Shown: one piece after another, positions 1-9,400 of the stretch
How the letters are laid out: each line of letters begins with the position of its first letter
Position numbering within the stretch: position 1 is the first letter of the stretch
Source: an uncultured Aeromonadales bacterium
Lineage (GTDB): Bacteria; Pseudomonadota; Gammaproteobacteria; Enterobacterales; Succinivibrionaceae
DNA length: 64,000 bases
Assembly (NCBI GenBank): GCA_902776275.1
Contig: CACYPI010000002.1
Coordinates: forward strand, 5,750-69,749
Direction: 5' to 3'
Notes under the pieces: generated by a model
The model's input: the letters and a program-made list of their open reading frames with translations, nothing else
What the model was told of the DNA's origin: nothing
The model's database searches: none
Made by a program: the position numbers and the translations under genes

Positions 1-74
1 CCGAGAGCCAGATCAACGGCTCGGTCGCCAAGATGGACGAGCTCAACGGCCTGGTGGCTCAGCTCAAGGTCTGA
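1..74 (+). CDS. 3' end of an unidentified CDS (partial, continues upstream of window)
   Basis: Frame 3 reads ...ESQINGSVAKMDELNGLVAQLKV, then TGA at 72-74, followed by a hairpin terminator. Too short for a family assignment. Confidence 0.4.
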   Translation, partial: ESQINGSVAKMDELNGLVAQLKV

Positions 75-101
75 TCCCGCCTGGGGGATCGCAATCAACG
101 G

Positions 102-132
102 GGGCTGCGCGAAGGCGCGGCCCTTCTTTTTT
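102..132 (+). terminator. Rho-independent terminator
   Basis: GGGCTGCGC-GAAG-GCGCGGCCC: a 9-bp stem with one G-U pair and a tetraloop, followed by TTCTTTTTT. Confidence 0.65.
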
Positions 133-234
133 CCGCGCTTTCAACGCGAGGCGTGGACCTTTCTCCAAGGCATTGGACAAAAACGAAGAGTGTTCTAAAA
201 TTCAGGGGCGCAAAGAGATTAGAAAAATTATGGG

Positions 235-1935
235 ATGGCCGCGCGGCCTTCTTTACAATCCTCCCCCCAAGCCTTTTTTGAGATGACCGACACCACGATT
301 GAGCGCCAGGGCCAAGGCGATCCAAAGCCTCAGGCCGGCAGTGCAGCCCCGGATGAAAACCAAGCCTTGCCGACCAGCCCCGAGCAGGCCAAGGGGCTTC
401 TGACCGAGCGCCTCTCGTCCTTCCTCGCCTCATGCGGCGCCGCGGACGGCGACTACTCGTTCACCGACTTCTCGTTAAGGCCGGTCTCGATCAAGGCCCG
501 CTACGCCTGGAAGCTCGAGGTCAAGGTCAAGGATGAGCAGGCGGACACCGCCAGGCTCTCTAACCTCGCCTTCGCCTCTTCCACCGAGCTTGAGAAGAGC
601 ACCAGCCGCGTCCGGGATCAGTTCCAGAACGACGCGGAGGTGCTCGCCGCGGCCGTCGACCGCGACAGCGGCACCGGCTTCCAGGCGCTGCGCAAGATGC
701 TCAGCAAGGTCAACGTCATCGCCAAGAAGGATCTCTACGGCTACGCCATCTGCCCGCGCTGCCACGGCTCGCGCTCGGAGAAGTGCCGCAGCTGCCAGGG
801 CACGGGGCAGGTGAAGTGCCCTGACTGCAACGGCAGGGGCGAGAACTGCCCGCGCTGCCAGGGCAGGGGCTTCCTGAGCTGCCCGGAGTGCTCCGGGCGC
901 GGCTTCACCACCTGCACCAAGTGCCACGGCAAGGGATTCACCGGGGTCAAGCGCACCATCACCCAGCAGATCGTGCGCTCCTGCTCGTTCTCCTACCAGA
1001 TAGGCACGGGCAAGAAGGCCACCGACGGCTCCGAGCTCCCCGAGCAGGACCGCCAGGCCCTGGTGTCCGAGACCCCCTTTGAGAAGGTCCAGACGGTGCA
1101 GGACGGCGGGATCTGCCACGCCGACTTCACCGGGCGCAACAGCTACCACCAGATAAAGGTCAAGCTCTCGGAGAACGGCAGCGAGTTCCTCTGCACCGCC
1201 TGCGGCGATCGCTGCGAGTTCATCTCAAGGCCCTATCTCTTCGACAGCCTCTGCGCGCCGTTTTTAAAGGAGGTCTCGTCGATCCTCTCAAACCGCGCCC
1301 ATGCCGTATCCTCAAAGCAGATAGCCTTGTGCGGCGCGCTGTCCTCAAACGGGATCATCGCCGCCACCGTGCGCGGCATGGACGCCATAGTCACCACGGT
1401 GTGCGAGGACGGGTGCAAGCGCTTTGGCCTCAGCTTTGCAAAGCTGCCCGAGGCCGAGAGCGAGGGCACGGACCTAAGCTACCGCGTCATGCTCTCGAAG
1501 ATCCGTCCTGAGATCGTGCGGCGCGTGGCGGTGCTCCTGCGGCAGAATGCCTCGTTCTTCGCGTCGGAGGCCTTCTGCACTGAGGTCGCAGACCGCCTCG
1601 CCTCGCTCGTGCCCATGCTCATAAGGCGCGATCCCGACAGCGGCATGATCTGGAACGCCTCGTGCATCGTGACCTGGTTTGCAACCGGAGTGGCGCTCTA
1701 TTTCGCCCCGTACATGGGCGTTGCGGTGATGTTCTTCCTGTTGTCGCTCCTGGCCCCGCTTGCCATCTCGTTCTTCGGGACGCGCAGCCTGCTCTACTAC
1801 CTCTCGGCAGCAAGGCTCCGCCTCACGCACTTGGGAAGGAAGCTTCCGGACATGAAGCCCGATGCGCTCAGCGCTGTAAAATACCTGTTCGTCAACACGG
1901 CCATAATAGTGATCATGCTTGCCGTGGGCGCTTAG
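235..1935 (+). CDS. Membrane-anchored protein with six DnaJ-type CxxCxGxG zinc-finger units and no J domain
   Basis: 566-aa ORF. Nt 751-939 encode CPRCHGSR, CRSCQGTG, CPDCNGRG, CPRCQGRG, CPECSGRG and CTKCHGKG back to back. The C-terminus has hydrophobic helices (WFATGVALYFAPYMGVAVMFFLLSLLAPLAISFF; VNTAIIVIMLAVGA). No HPD motif. The start is uncertain (235 or 283). Confidence 0.7.
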   Translation: MAARPSLQSSPQAFFEMTDTTIERQGQGDPKPQAGSAAPDENQALPTSPEQAKGLLTERLSSFLASCGAADGDYSFTDFSLRPVSIKARYAWKLEVKVKDEQADTARLSNLAFASSTELEKSTSRVRDQFQNDAEVLAAAVDRDSGTGFQALRKMLSKVNVIAKKDLYGYAICPRCHGSRSEKCRSCQGTGQVKCPDCNGRGENCPRCQGRGFLSCPECSGRGFTTCTKCHGKGFTGVKRTITQQIVRSCSFSYQIGTGKKATDGSELPEQDRQALVSETPFEKVQTVQDGGICHADFTGRNSYHQIKVKLSENGSEFLCTACGDRCEFISRPYLFDSLCAPFLKEVSSILSNRAHAVSSKQIALCGALSSNGIIAATVRGMDAIVTTVCEDGCKRFGLSFAKLPEAESEGTDLSYRVMLSKIRPEIVRRVAVLLRQNASFFASEAFCTEVADRLASLVPMLIRRDPDSGMIWNASCIVTWFATGVALYFAPYMGVAVMFFLLSLLAPLAISFFGTRSLLYYLSAARLRLTHLGRKLPDMKPDALSAVKYLFVNTAIIVIMLAVGA

Positions 1936-1950
1936 CTGCACAGGTGGGCC

Positions 1951-3126
1951 ATGCCTAAGATCCTCCTCGCTTTCGACTCCTTCAAGAACTGCATGAGCGC
2001 CGCGCAGGCCTGCAAGGCCGCGGCCAATGGGATCTCCGAACTGGGCCTCCGTGGGATCGGGGTCGAGGAGGTCCCGCTCTCCGACGGGGGCGAGGGGCTC
2101 TCCGAGGTGCTGCGCTCCTTCCCCGACTTCAAGGGCAGCGCCTATTTCACCGCCGACGCGCACGACGCCTACGGAAATCCGTCCAAGGTGCAGATCCTGG
2201 AAAATGGCGATCTGGCGGTCATCGAGACGGCCCGCGTAGTCGGCCTCGAGGATGCCCAACGCCAGGGCCTGCGCTTTTTGGACGGCACCTCCTACGGCGT
2301 GGGCGAGGCCATCGGCGCCTGCCTGTCGCGCGGCTTCTCCAGGATCATCATCTCCTTAGGCGGCAGCGCCACCAACGACGGCGGCGCGGGGATGGCGCAG
2401 GCCCTGGGCGTCAGGTTCAGCGACGCCAAGGGAGGGGAGATCGGATCCCCGATCAGGGTGCGCGACTTAAAGTCCATCGCCTCTGCCGACATCTCAAGGC
2501 TCGATCCGAGGATCCGCAAGTGCGAAGTCGAGATCCCCTGCGATGTGGTCAACCCGCTTCTAGGGGCCGCCGGAGCGACTTTCGTGTTCGGCGCGCAAAA
2601 GGGCGGCAGCCACGAGGAACTCATGCAGGCCGAGGAGGGCATGGCCGCCTACGCCGCGGCGATGGAGGCGGCCACGGGCCTTAAGGAGGCCAAGGACCTG
2701 CCTGGCGCCGGAGCGGCAGGCGGCCTGGGGGCAGGGTGCCTTTATGCCTTGAACGCCCATCTGCGCTCGGGCATCGACGCGGTGCTCGATCTGTCGTCGT
2801 TTGACACGAGGCTCTCGGAGGCGGCGCTCGTGCTCACAGGCGAGGGGCGCAGCGACGCCCAGTCGGCGCTGGGCAAGGTGCCTTCCGGGGTGATACGCCG
2901 CTGCCGCGTCCGCGGCGTCAAGTGCGTGGTGGTAAGCGGCGCGCTCGGCGACGGCGCGCCCGATCTCATACGCCTGGGCGCCTCGGCCATCTTCTCGATC
3001 TGCGACCGCCCGATGGCGCTTGAGACCTCGATCCGCAACGCTCCGGACCTGCTCTCCATCCAGTGCGCGAACGTCGTGCGCCTGATCTCGCTGTGCGGCG
3101 GACTCGACGTTAAGACCGAGCTTTAA
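1951..3126 (+). CDS. Glycerate kinase (GlxK/GarK family)
   Basis: 391 aa. The N-terminus MPKILLAFDSFKNCMSAAQA...PLSDGGEG and the later GGSATNDGG / TGEGRSD motifs are typical of glycerate kinases. Confidence 0.9.
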   Translation: MPKILLAFDSFKNCMSAAQACKAAANGISELGLRGIGVEEVPLSDGGEGLSEVLRSFPDFKGSAYFTADAHDAYGNPSKVQILENGDLAVIETARVVGLEDAQRQGLRFLDGTSYGVGEAIGACLSRGFSRIIISLGGSATNDGGAGMAQALGVRFSDAKGGEIGSPIRVRDLKSIASADISRLDPRIRKCEVEIPCDVVNPLLGAAGATFVFGAQKGGSHEELMQAEEGMAAYAAAMEAATGLKEAKDLPGAGAAGGLGAGCLYALNAHLRSGIDAVLDLSSFDTRLSEAALVLTGEGRSDAQSALGKVPSGVIRRCRVRGVKCVVVSGALGDGAPDLIRLGASAIFSICDRPMALETSIRNAPDLLSIQCANVVRLISLCGGLDVKTEL

Positions 3127-3154
3127 GCACCAAACATCCTTTGAGGAAACGCCA

Positions 3155-3177
3155 AGGCCGGGGCATTGCCCCGGCCT
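3155..3177. terminator. Shared stem-loop between convergent genes
   Basis: AGGCCGGGGC-ATT-GCCCCGGCCT, a perfect 10-bp stem. The U-tracts are weak on both strands. Confidence 0.45.
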
Positions 3178-3202
3178 AACAGCGACAGTACGTCGCGGGG
3201 AG

Positions 3203-4138
3203 CTAGAACTCCCTTACCATGAACTCTATCTCTATCTGCTTTAGGAAGTCCGAGGCTATCTGGAAGCAGCGCTGCTCCTTCTCCTCGGGCACTTCGTCAT
3301 CCTGGCGCAGCTCGGTGCACACCAAAAGCCCCTTCTCCTTGTTCAGCCCCAGCTTCCAGGCGGTGCTGATGAGCCTGGCCGCGGCGTTGACCGTGAGGAA
3401 CCCGGGGAGCCCCGGCTGCAGGTGGTTGTCGCCGTAGAGCGGATCCTCGGGATCGAGCACGGCGTTTGAGAGGTGGATGCAGCCTATGAACTTGTTCATG
3501 TGCTCAAGCCCGTTGTAGATCACCTCGCGGTTGAGCGCCGCGTGCGCGGTGTCGTAGCAGCAGTAGAGCGACGGGAGATCGGGCTTTAGGATCTCCATCA
3601 TCTCGTAGGTGTCCTCGGAGGTTCCCAGGAGCGCGCGGCGGCCTGAGAACTTCTCGAGCGCCTCGAATATGAGGTTCTGCTTGTGCTGCTTGGCAAAGGC
3701 CGTGAGCTCGGTGAGGCTCTTGATCAAGGCGCGGTAGGCGTCGGACTTATCGAGGATCCCGACGTTCCTGCCTGAGACCACGCCGAAGTTGCCGCTGCCA
3801 AGCTCGCAGGACTCCTCGATGAGCTTCTTTATGGCGTCCACGGACTTCCTGCGGACTGCCTCGTCCACCGAGTTGATGTCAAGCCCGTGCTCGGCTGCGT
3901 AGAGGCCGCTCCAGACTATGACGTTGCCCACCTTCGAGGAGGGGATGGACAGGGCCTTCAGGATCCTCCTGCGATCCTCCTTGCCCTCGATCACCGGGAG
4001 CTCTATGGATCGGTAGAAGCCGTCCTGCACGATGTGCTCCACCTTGCGGGCCAGGTAGGTGCCGTCATGGAAGCGGGAGTGGTAGAGCTCGGCGAGGTGC
4101 GCCGAGGGGATGATGTAGTCGCGTTTGCTTACGCCCAT
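3203..4138 (-). CDS. Xylose isomerase-like TIM-barrel protein (sugar phosphate isomerase/epimerase family)
   Basis: The ORF was trimmed to MGVSKRDY. The CYDTAHAAL and IHLSNAV segments resemble the DtgH / vHlkD metal-ligand motifs of AP-endonuclease-2/xylose-isomerase-like barrels. Confidence 0.6.
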   Translation of the reverse strand: MGVSKRDYIIPSAHLAELYHSRFHDGTYLARKVEHIVQDGFYRSIELPVIEGKEDRRRILKALSIPSSKVGNVIVWSGLYAAEHGLDINSVDEAVRRKSVDAIKKLIEESCELGSGNFGVVSGRNVGILDKSDAYRALIKSLTELTAFAKQHKQNLIFEALEKFSGRRALLGTSEDTYEMMEILKPDLPSLYCCYDTAHAALNREVIYNGLEHMNKFIGCIHLSNAVLDPEDPLYGDNHLQPGLPGFLTVNAAARLISTAWKLGLNKEKGLLVCTELRQDDEVPEEKEQRCFQIASDFLKQIEIEFMVREF

Positions 4139-4360
4139 AGCAGCCTCCTGGATCAAGCCTGGATACAGCTTTAGGTTAGTTGCACTGGCAGCGCGCTTCA
4201 ACGGCAAAAATCCGCGTCTGCTTTTGGGATCTCAAAGAAAATGCGCCTTTCCAGGATCTGGGCGGGAAAAGGCCTGGCGCGATGCAGCATCAGCGAAAAA
4301 AGTGTGATGCGGATCAATGAAGCGGCTCCTTGAGGCGAAATCGCCGGCCGGGGCGGAGGC

Positions 4361-4391
4361 AAAACAATGAGGGCAGGCTTCAAGCCTGCCC
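4361..4391 (-). terminator. Rho-independent terminator of the HPr gene
   Basis: On the minus strand, GGGCAGGC-TTGAA-GCCTGCCC is followed by TCATTGTTTT. Confidence 0.6.
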
Positions 4392-4427
4392 CCCCTTATG
4401 CGCGCTTTTGTGCTCCTTGTCACAATC

Positions 4428-4688
4428 TCAGAGGTAATCCTCGAAGGCCTTCCTCAGCGCCTCGGCCGCCGCCTGCTCGTCGGCCCCGTTGCAGGACACT
4501 TTGATGGTGTCGGCGCAGCGGATGCCCATGCCCAGCAGCGCGAAGATGCCGCTCTTAAGGGACTCGGTGCGGCCCTTGCAGGTTACCTTGATCTCGGACT
4601 TGTAGTTGCTGGCGGCCTTGATGATGGCCCCGGCCGGACGGGCGTGGATCCCGTCCCTATCCTTGATGGTGTATTCGAACTCTATCAT
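4428..4688 (-). CDS. ptsH: HPr-family phosphocarrier protein
   Basis: 86 aa. It has the active-site His context DGIHARPAG and the regulatory Ser context SLKSGIFALLGMG. No ptsI gene is adjacent. Confidence 0.85.
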   Translation of the reverse strand: MIEFEYTIKDRDGIHARPAGAIIKAASNYKSEIKVTCKGRTESLKSGIFALLGMGIRCADTIKVSCNGADEQAAAEALRKAFEDYL

Positions 4689-4824
4689 GATCGTACCCTT
4701 CCGCCTTTTGGCATCGCTGTTAAATGCCAGACATTAATAGTTATGGCTTCCGTGCATGATCTTACCGAAAAGGCCCTTGAAATGCACCTGCGGCGCGAAA
4801 AACCAACAGGGGCCGCTGGAGGGA

Positions 4825-5112
4825 TCAGCTTTTAGAATCGATGCGGTTGCGCAGCTTCTGCCCGGCCTTGAAGGTGGTCACGCGGCGGGGCGTGATCATG
4901 ACTTCCTTGCCGGTCTTGGGGTTCCTGCCCGGGCGGGCGTTCTTCTGCTTGAGCTCGAAGTTGCCAAAGCCGGTGAGCTTGACCACCTCGCCCTTCTCGA
5001 GGGTCTCGGCGATGGTCTCGAAGAAAGAGTCTACGAAGATCTGCGCGGTCGGCTTGGGCATCTGCAGCTTGGCGACCAGGCGATCGGTTATTTCAGCGCG
5101 CGTTAAAGCCAT
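4825..5112 (-). CDS. ihfA: Integration host factor subunit alpha
   Basis: 95 aa. MALTRAEI...GFGNFELKQKNARPGRNPKTGKEVMITPRRVTTFKAGQKLRNRI is near-colinear with E. coli IhfA as I recall it. Confidence 0.9.
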   Translation of the reverse strand: MALTRAEITDRLVAKLQMPKPTAQIFVDSFFETIAETLEKGEVVKLTGFGNFELKQKNARPGRNPKTGKEVMITPRRVTTFKAGQKLRNRIDSKS

Positions 5113-5342
5113 ATCAGGGTTCCCACTTCAAAAAGGCCTGCACCGCATGGGGCCAAAGCCTTGCGGCGGTTTTGGGCCTTGGCAATGTATCTGCCTGTAA
5201 AATCACGTTGTTTACTATAGTACATTATTTTTCAAGCGCTATCGTGACGCCGTGATCTTTTTCTTGATTTTCAAGAAGCGCCCAAAATGGGCGCTATTGA
5301 CCCTGATGTTACAATACTTGGAAATTTCAGGAGAAACGCATC

Positions 5343-6359
5343 ATGGCATTGAAAATCGCCGTCTATGGCTACGACACCGACATCGGCAAACTCGTCTTCG
5401 AGACCATGGAGGAGCAGAAGCTCAAGGTCGACGACCTCTTCCCGCTCTCGCCCCTTTCAGGGGAGTTCGACGCAGTGACGCTCAACGGGGAGAACTACAT
5501 GGTCAAGGCCGCCGACGAGTTCGACTTCGGCTCCTGCGACCTGGCGCTCTTCCTCACCACGCCTGACGAGAGCTCGCGCCTTGCCCATGCCGCCGCGGCC
5601 AAGGGCTGCACCGTCATCGATGCCTCCGGGCTCTACTCGGACGACGAGAGGATCCCCCTGGTCATCCCGGAGATCAACCCCTACGACATCAAGGGCGTGG
5701 CCGAGACCCGCATCGCCATCCCCGCCTGCGCGACGGCGACGCTTCTGGCGCTGTGCCTGCAGCCCATTGCAGACAGCTTCGGTCTTGAGCGCGTGAGCGC
5801 CACGGTCATGGAGTCGGTGTCGGGGCAGGGCAGGCTCGGCACCGAGACGCTGGCGCGCGAGACGGCCAGGCTCTTGAACGGCCTTGACGGCGACCACGAG
5901 GGCTTCGAGGCCCAGGTAGCCTTCAACCTGCACACGAGGATCGGCAAGGAGGGCGGCAACGGCTACTCCGAGCATGAGAACACCGTTCTGGCCCAGCTAG
6001 GCCGCGTGCTCGGGGCGATCCCGGGCGGCTTCGACGTCACCGCAGTCCAGGTGCCGGTCTTCTACGGCCATACCGCAAGCGTGCACGTGGACCTCTCCAG
6101 GAGCGCCACGGCCGACGAGTTCAAGGCCGCCCTCTCCGAGTGCCCGTGGATCAAGCTCCCAAGCGGCGATCGCATGCTGACCCCGGTCACCGACGCGGTG
6201 TCCGAGCGCAGCGTGCTCTGCTCGAGGATCCGCCGCCACGGCAAGAGCGGCAAGGCCTGGAGCTTCATCTGCATGATGGACAACACCAGGCGCGGCGAGG
6301 CCGTTTCGGTGGTCGAGATCGCAAAGCTTCTGGAAAAGCAGCGGAATGAGCACGCTTAA
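5343..6359 (+). CDS. usg: USG-1 / aspartate-semialdehyde dehydrogenase-like protein
   Basis: 338 aa with an N-terminal Rossmann strand (KIAVYGYDTDIG) and an Asd-like catalytic segment (IAIPACATATLL). It sits upstream of fimV, as in other gammaproteobacteria. AGGAG lies 9 nt upstream of the ATG. Confidence 0.8.
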   Translation: MALKIAVYGYDTDIGKLVFETMEEQKLKVDDLFPLSPLSGEFDAVTLNGENYMVKAADEFDFGSCDLALFLTTPDESSRLAHAAAAKGCTVIDASGLYSDDERIPLVIPEINPYDIKGVAETRIAIPACATATLLALCLQPIADSFGLERVSATVMESVSGQGRLGTETLARETARLLNGLDGDHEGFEAQVAFNLHTRIGKEGGNGYSEHENTVLAQLGRVLGAIPGGFDVTAVQVPVFYGHTASVHVDLSRSATADEFKAALSECPWIKLPSGDRMLTPVTDAVSERSVLCSRIRRHGKSGKAWSFICMMDNTRRGEAVSVVEIAKLLEKQRNEHA

Positions 6360-6454
6360 TGCATGGGAATGGCAAAAAGCATGGCGGCCGTCAAATTAAC
6401 GCTGCCGGCCATGCTTAAAATACCTATGAAGCTGGACTTATTCCGAGGATAACA

Positions 6455-9400
6455 ATGCGGGCCCTTAAGACAACGCTGCTGGCTGGAGCGCTGGCATTTT
6501 CTCTTGCCAGCGCCGCGGCTGACGATGGCACCTTCACCATCAACATCCAGGGGCCCGACAGCCCGACCTACCAGGACAGCGGCAGCAGCCAGGCCGAGGA
6601 GCAGCACCCCCAGAGGATCCAGGAGGCGCCGCTTCCGTCATACCAGAGGGGCCAGCAGACGAGGCGCAACCGCGCCAGGAGCGTGGCCAGGCAGACGGCG
6701 CAGGCGCTCTCCCAGGCGCCCGCGCGCACCCGCGCAGCAGTGCCGGCTGAAGTCCAGCAGCCGCAGGCACCCCAGCAGTCCCAGCCTCAATCCCAGACGC
6801 AGGGCCAGGCCCAGGGCCAGGCTCAGAACCAGTCCGGCGCATCTGATCAGGGCGGCTCCCGCATGCCGTCCTCGGTCAGGGTCGGCCCAGGCGAGAGCCT
6901 CTGGCAGGTGGCTACCAGGCTCCTGCCTGCCGATCGCTCGGTAAACGAGTTCCAGATAGCGGCATCCATCTACCGCAACAACCCGCAGGCCTTCAATGAC
7001 GGCAATGCCGGCAGCATCCGCCAGGGCGCGCTCAAGATCCCGCCGGTCTCCGAGATCGCGCGCGAGGATCCCAAGGTGGGCTCTGATCTGCTCGCCCGCG
7101 GCAACATCGCGATGCCGCCCCTGGGGCCGGCCAAGGCCGCCCCCGCGCAGCAAAGCCAGGGCGGCGGCGTCATAGCGCGCTCGGAGCAGAACCCGACCTT
7201 CACGGCGACCGAGACTGCCAACCGCCAGTTCCAGGAGGAGCGCAAGGCCAGGCGCGAGAAGCTTGAGGCGCAGGACGCCGCAGCCCAGGCCGTGGCAGCC
7301 AACCCAAAGGGCGCCTCCGAGGCCGACAAGGCGCTGGCCGAGGGCAAGGATGGTAACGCGCAGTCGTCCGCTCAACCCCAGAACCCGGATGATTCCAAGG
7401 TCCAGTCAGGCGGCGACGCCTCCGAGCAGGCCAAGATTGACGCGGGCACCCTCAAGCAGATGCTCGATGGCTCGCGCGACGCCATGAACATCAAGTCCAA
7501 GGAGATCGACAAGAAGCTCGTCGAGGCGATCGACCGCATGCAGAAGTCCAACGAGTCGACGCTCACCGCCGCCAACTCCGCAGTCTCAGGGATCGCCAAG
7601 CAGTATGACAGCACCATAGCCTCGCTCCAGCAGAACATCACCGAGCTCAAGGGCCAGGTTTCCAAGCTCACGCGCGACAACGACAGGATGCGCGACATGC
7701 TCCTGGCCACCGACGACAAGCTGCAGAGCCTGCAGGCGCAGATTGCAAACGGCTCGGCCGTCCCGGGCGATGCCGCGTCCTACCAGAGGTCGCTCATCCT
7801 GATCATCGCCGGCATCGGACTCCTGACGCTGATGCTCCTGATGCTCTTCGTGTTCTTCAAGGTCAAGAGCCGCCAGCGCGGGCGCACCATCGAGTCGGAC
7901 ATCAGCGACGAGGACACCGACAAGGAGCCCAGCGAGGAGGACAAGCTCCTCTCCGACACCATAAGCCCCGCCGAGGCCTCCGCCCTCGATGCGGCGGCGC
8001 AGGCCGATCAGCAGGACGATCATGCGGGCTCTCAGGGCGCCGAGGGGCAGCAGCCCCAGCAGGCGGATGGACAGGCACAGAGCGAGGCGCAGGCGGCGCA
8101 TGAACAGGCGGCGGCGCCCCAGGGCGGGGCTGCCGCGCCTGAGGCGCAGGAGGCAGCCGCTCCTGCAGCCAAGGACGAGGCCCAGAAGGCCTGGGACGCG
8201 GCCGCAGCCGAGAAGGGTAGCGGCGAGAAGGAGAAGGATCCTGACAAGGACGCCATGGTCCAGTGGGCCGCGGCGATGGCCCAGCAGAACGCAGAGCAGG
8301 AGAAGACCGCCGATGTCGGCGGCAGCTCCGGATCTGACGACGGGGCCGACGCCTGGGCCGCGGCGATGGCTGAGCAGAAGGCTGGCGAGCAGGGCGGAGA
8401 GCAGAAGGGCTCTGACGACGGGGCTGACGCCTGGGCCGCGGCGATGGCTGAGCAGAAGGCTGGCGAGCAGGGCGGAGAGCAGAAGGGCTCTGACGATGGC
8501 GCAGATGCATGGGCCGCGGCGATGGCTGAGCAGAAAGCCGGCGAGCAGGGCGGCGAGCCACCCAAGGGCTCTGACGACGGGGCTGATGCCTGGGCTGCGG
8601 CGATGGCCGAGCAGAAAGCAGGCGAGCAGGGCGCGGAAGCGGATCAGTCAAGTGCTGATCCCAGCGCGGTGCCTGGAGCCAAGGACGGCATGGCCGCTTG
8701 GGCCGAGGCAATGGCCGCCCACCAGCCTCAAAAGGACGCTCCAACTGGGGAGGAGCAGGCCATGGCGCAATCCATGGCCAATGGAGGGAGCGCATCCCCA
8801 AAAGCTGAGGCACCGGCAGGATCTGAGCAATCCGGGGCTGCTGGTGCCGGGGATCCCGCAGCGGATCCAGCCCCGGATGCGCAAGCTGGCGCTGACAGCG
8901 ACGAGGACTTCTTCGAGAAGTTCGCAGAGCAGGCGGCAGGCGCCAATGGCGCAGGCAAAGATGCGGCCAAGAGCGTGGTGCCTGAGGCAGGCGCTGATGA
9001 GCCTGCTGCCAATGAGAGCGCTGAACCTGCTGATAGCGGTGCCTCAGAGCCAAAGGATGATGGCAAGGCTGCCGAGGATGCCGATTTTGAAGACTTCGAG
9101 GCCTTTGCCTCAAAGGCAGTAGACGGCGGCGCGGCGCAGGATCAGGGTGCAGCGCAAAGTGATGAAGCTGAGGAAGCTTCTTCAAAGCCTGATGAGGCGG
9201 CGCCTGTGGGCGACGAGCCGCAGGGCGATGCGCAAGGCGAGGCTCCTGCAGAACCTGATGCAGGCAAGAGCGCCGAGGAGCAGGCTAAGGCGGATTTCGA
9301 GGCTTTCGCTCAAAGCGCAACTGAAGACGCCGGGCAATCCCAGGATGCAGCCCCTGATGCCGCTGAGGTGCAGGAGTTGGAAACTCCTGCTGAGCCTTCT

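Noticed and set aside
5274-5292. Hairpin AGCGCCCA-AAA-TGGGCGCT between ihfA and usg as a terminator
   Set aside because: It lies between divergent gene starts with no upstream gene to terminate, and the 3-nt loop is tight. It may be a protein-binding palindrome, but there is no supporting evidence.
8333-8647. Regularly spaced repeats that could be mistaken for a CRISPR array
   Set aside because: The units are contiguous with no unique spacers. They are in frame within fimV and encode a repeated peptide. No cas genes are present.
7902-9185. Long alternative-frame ORFs inside fimV (427 aa on minus, 377 aa on plus at 7989-9122)
   Set aside because: Their translations are R/P/S-rich. They arise from the repetitive acidic coding frame of fimV, and only the fimV frame has a signal peptide, LysM-like, TM and TPR-like features.
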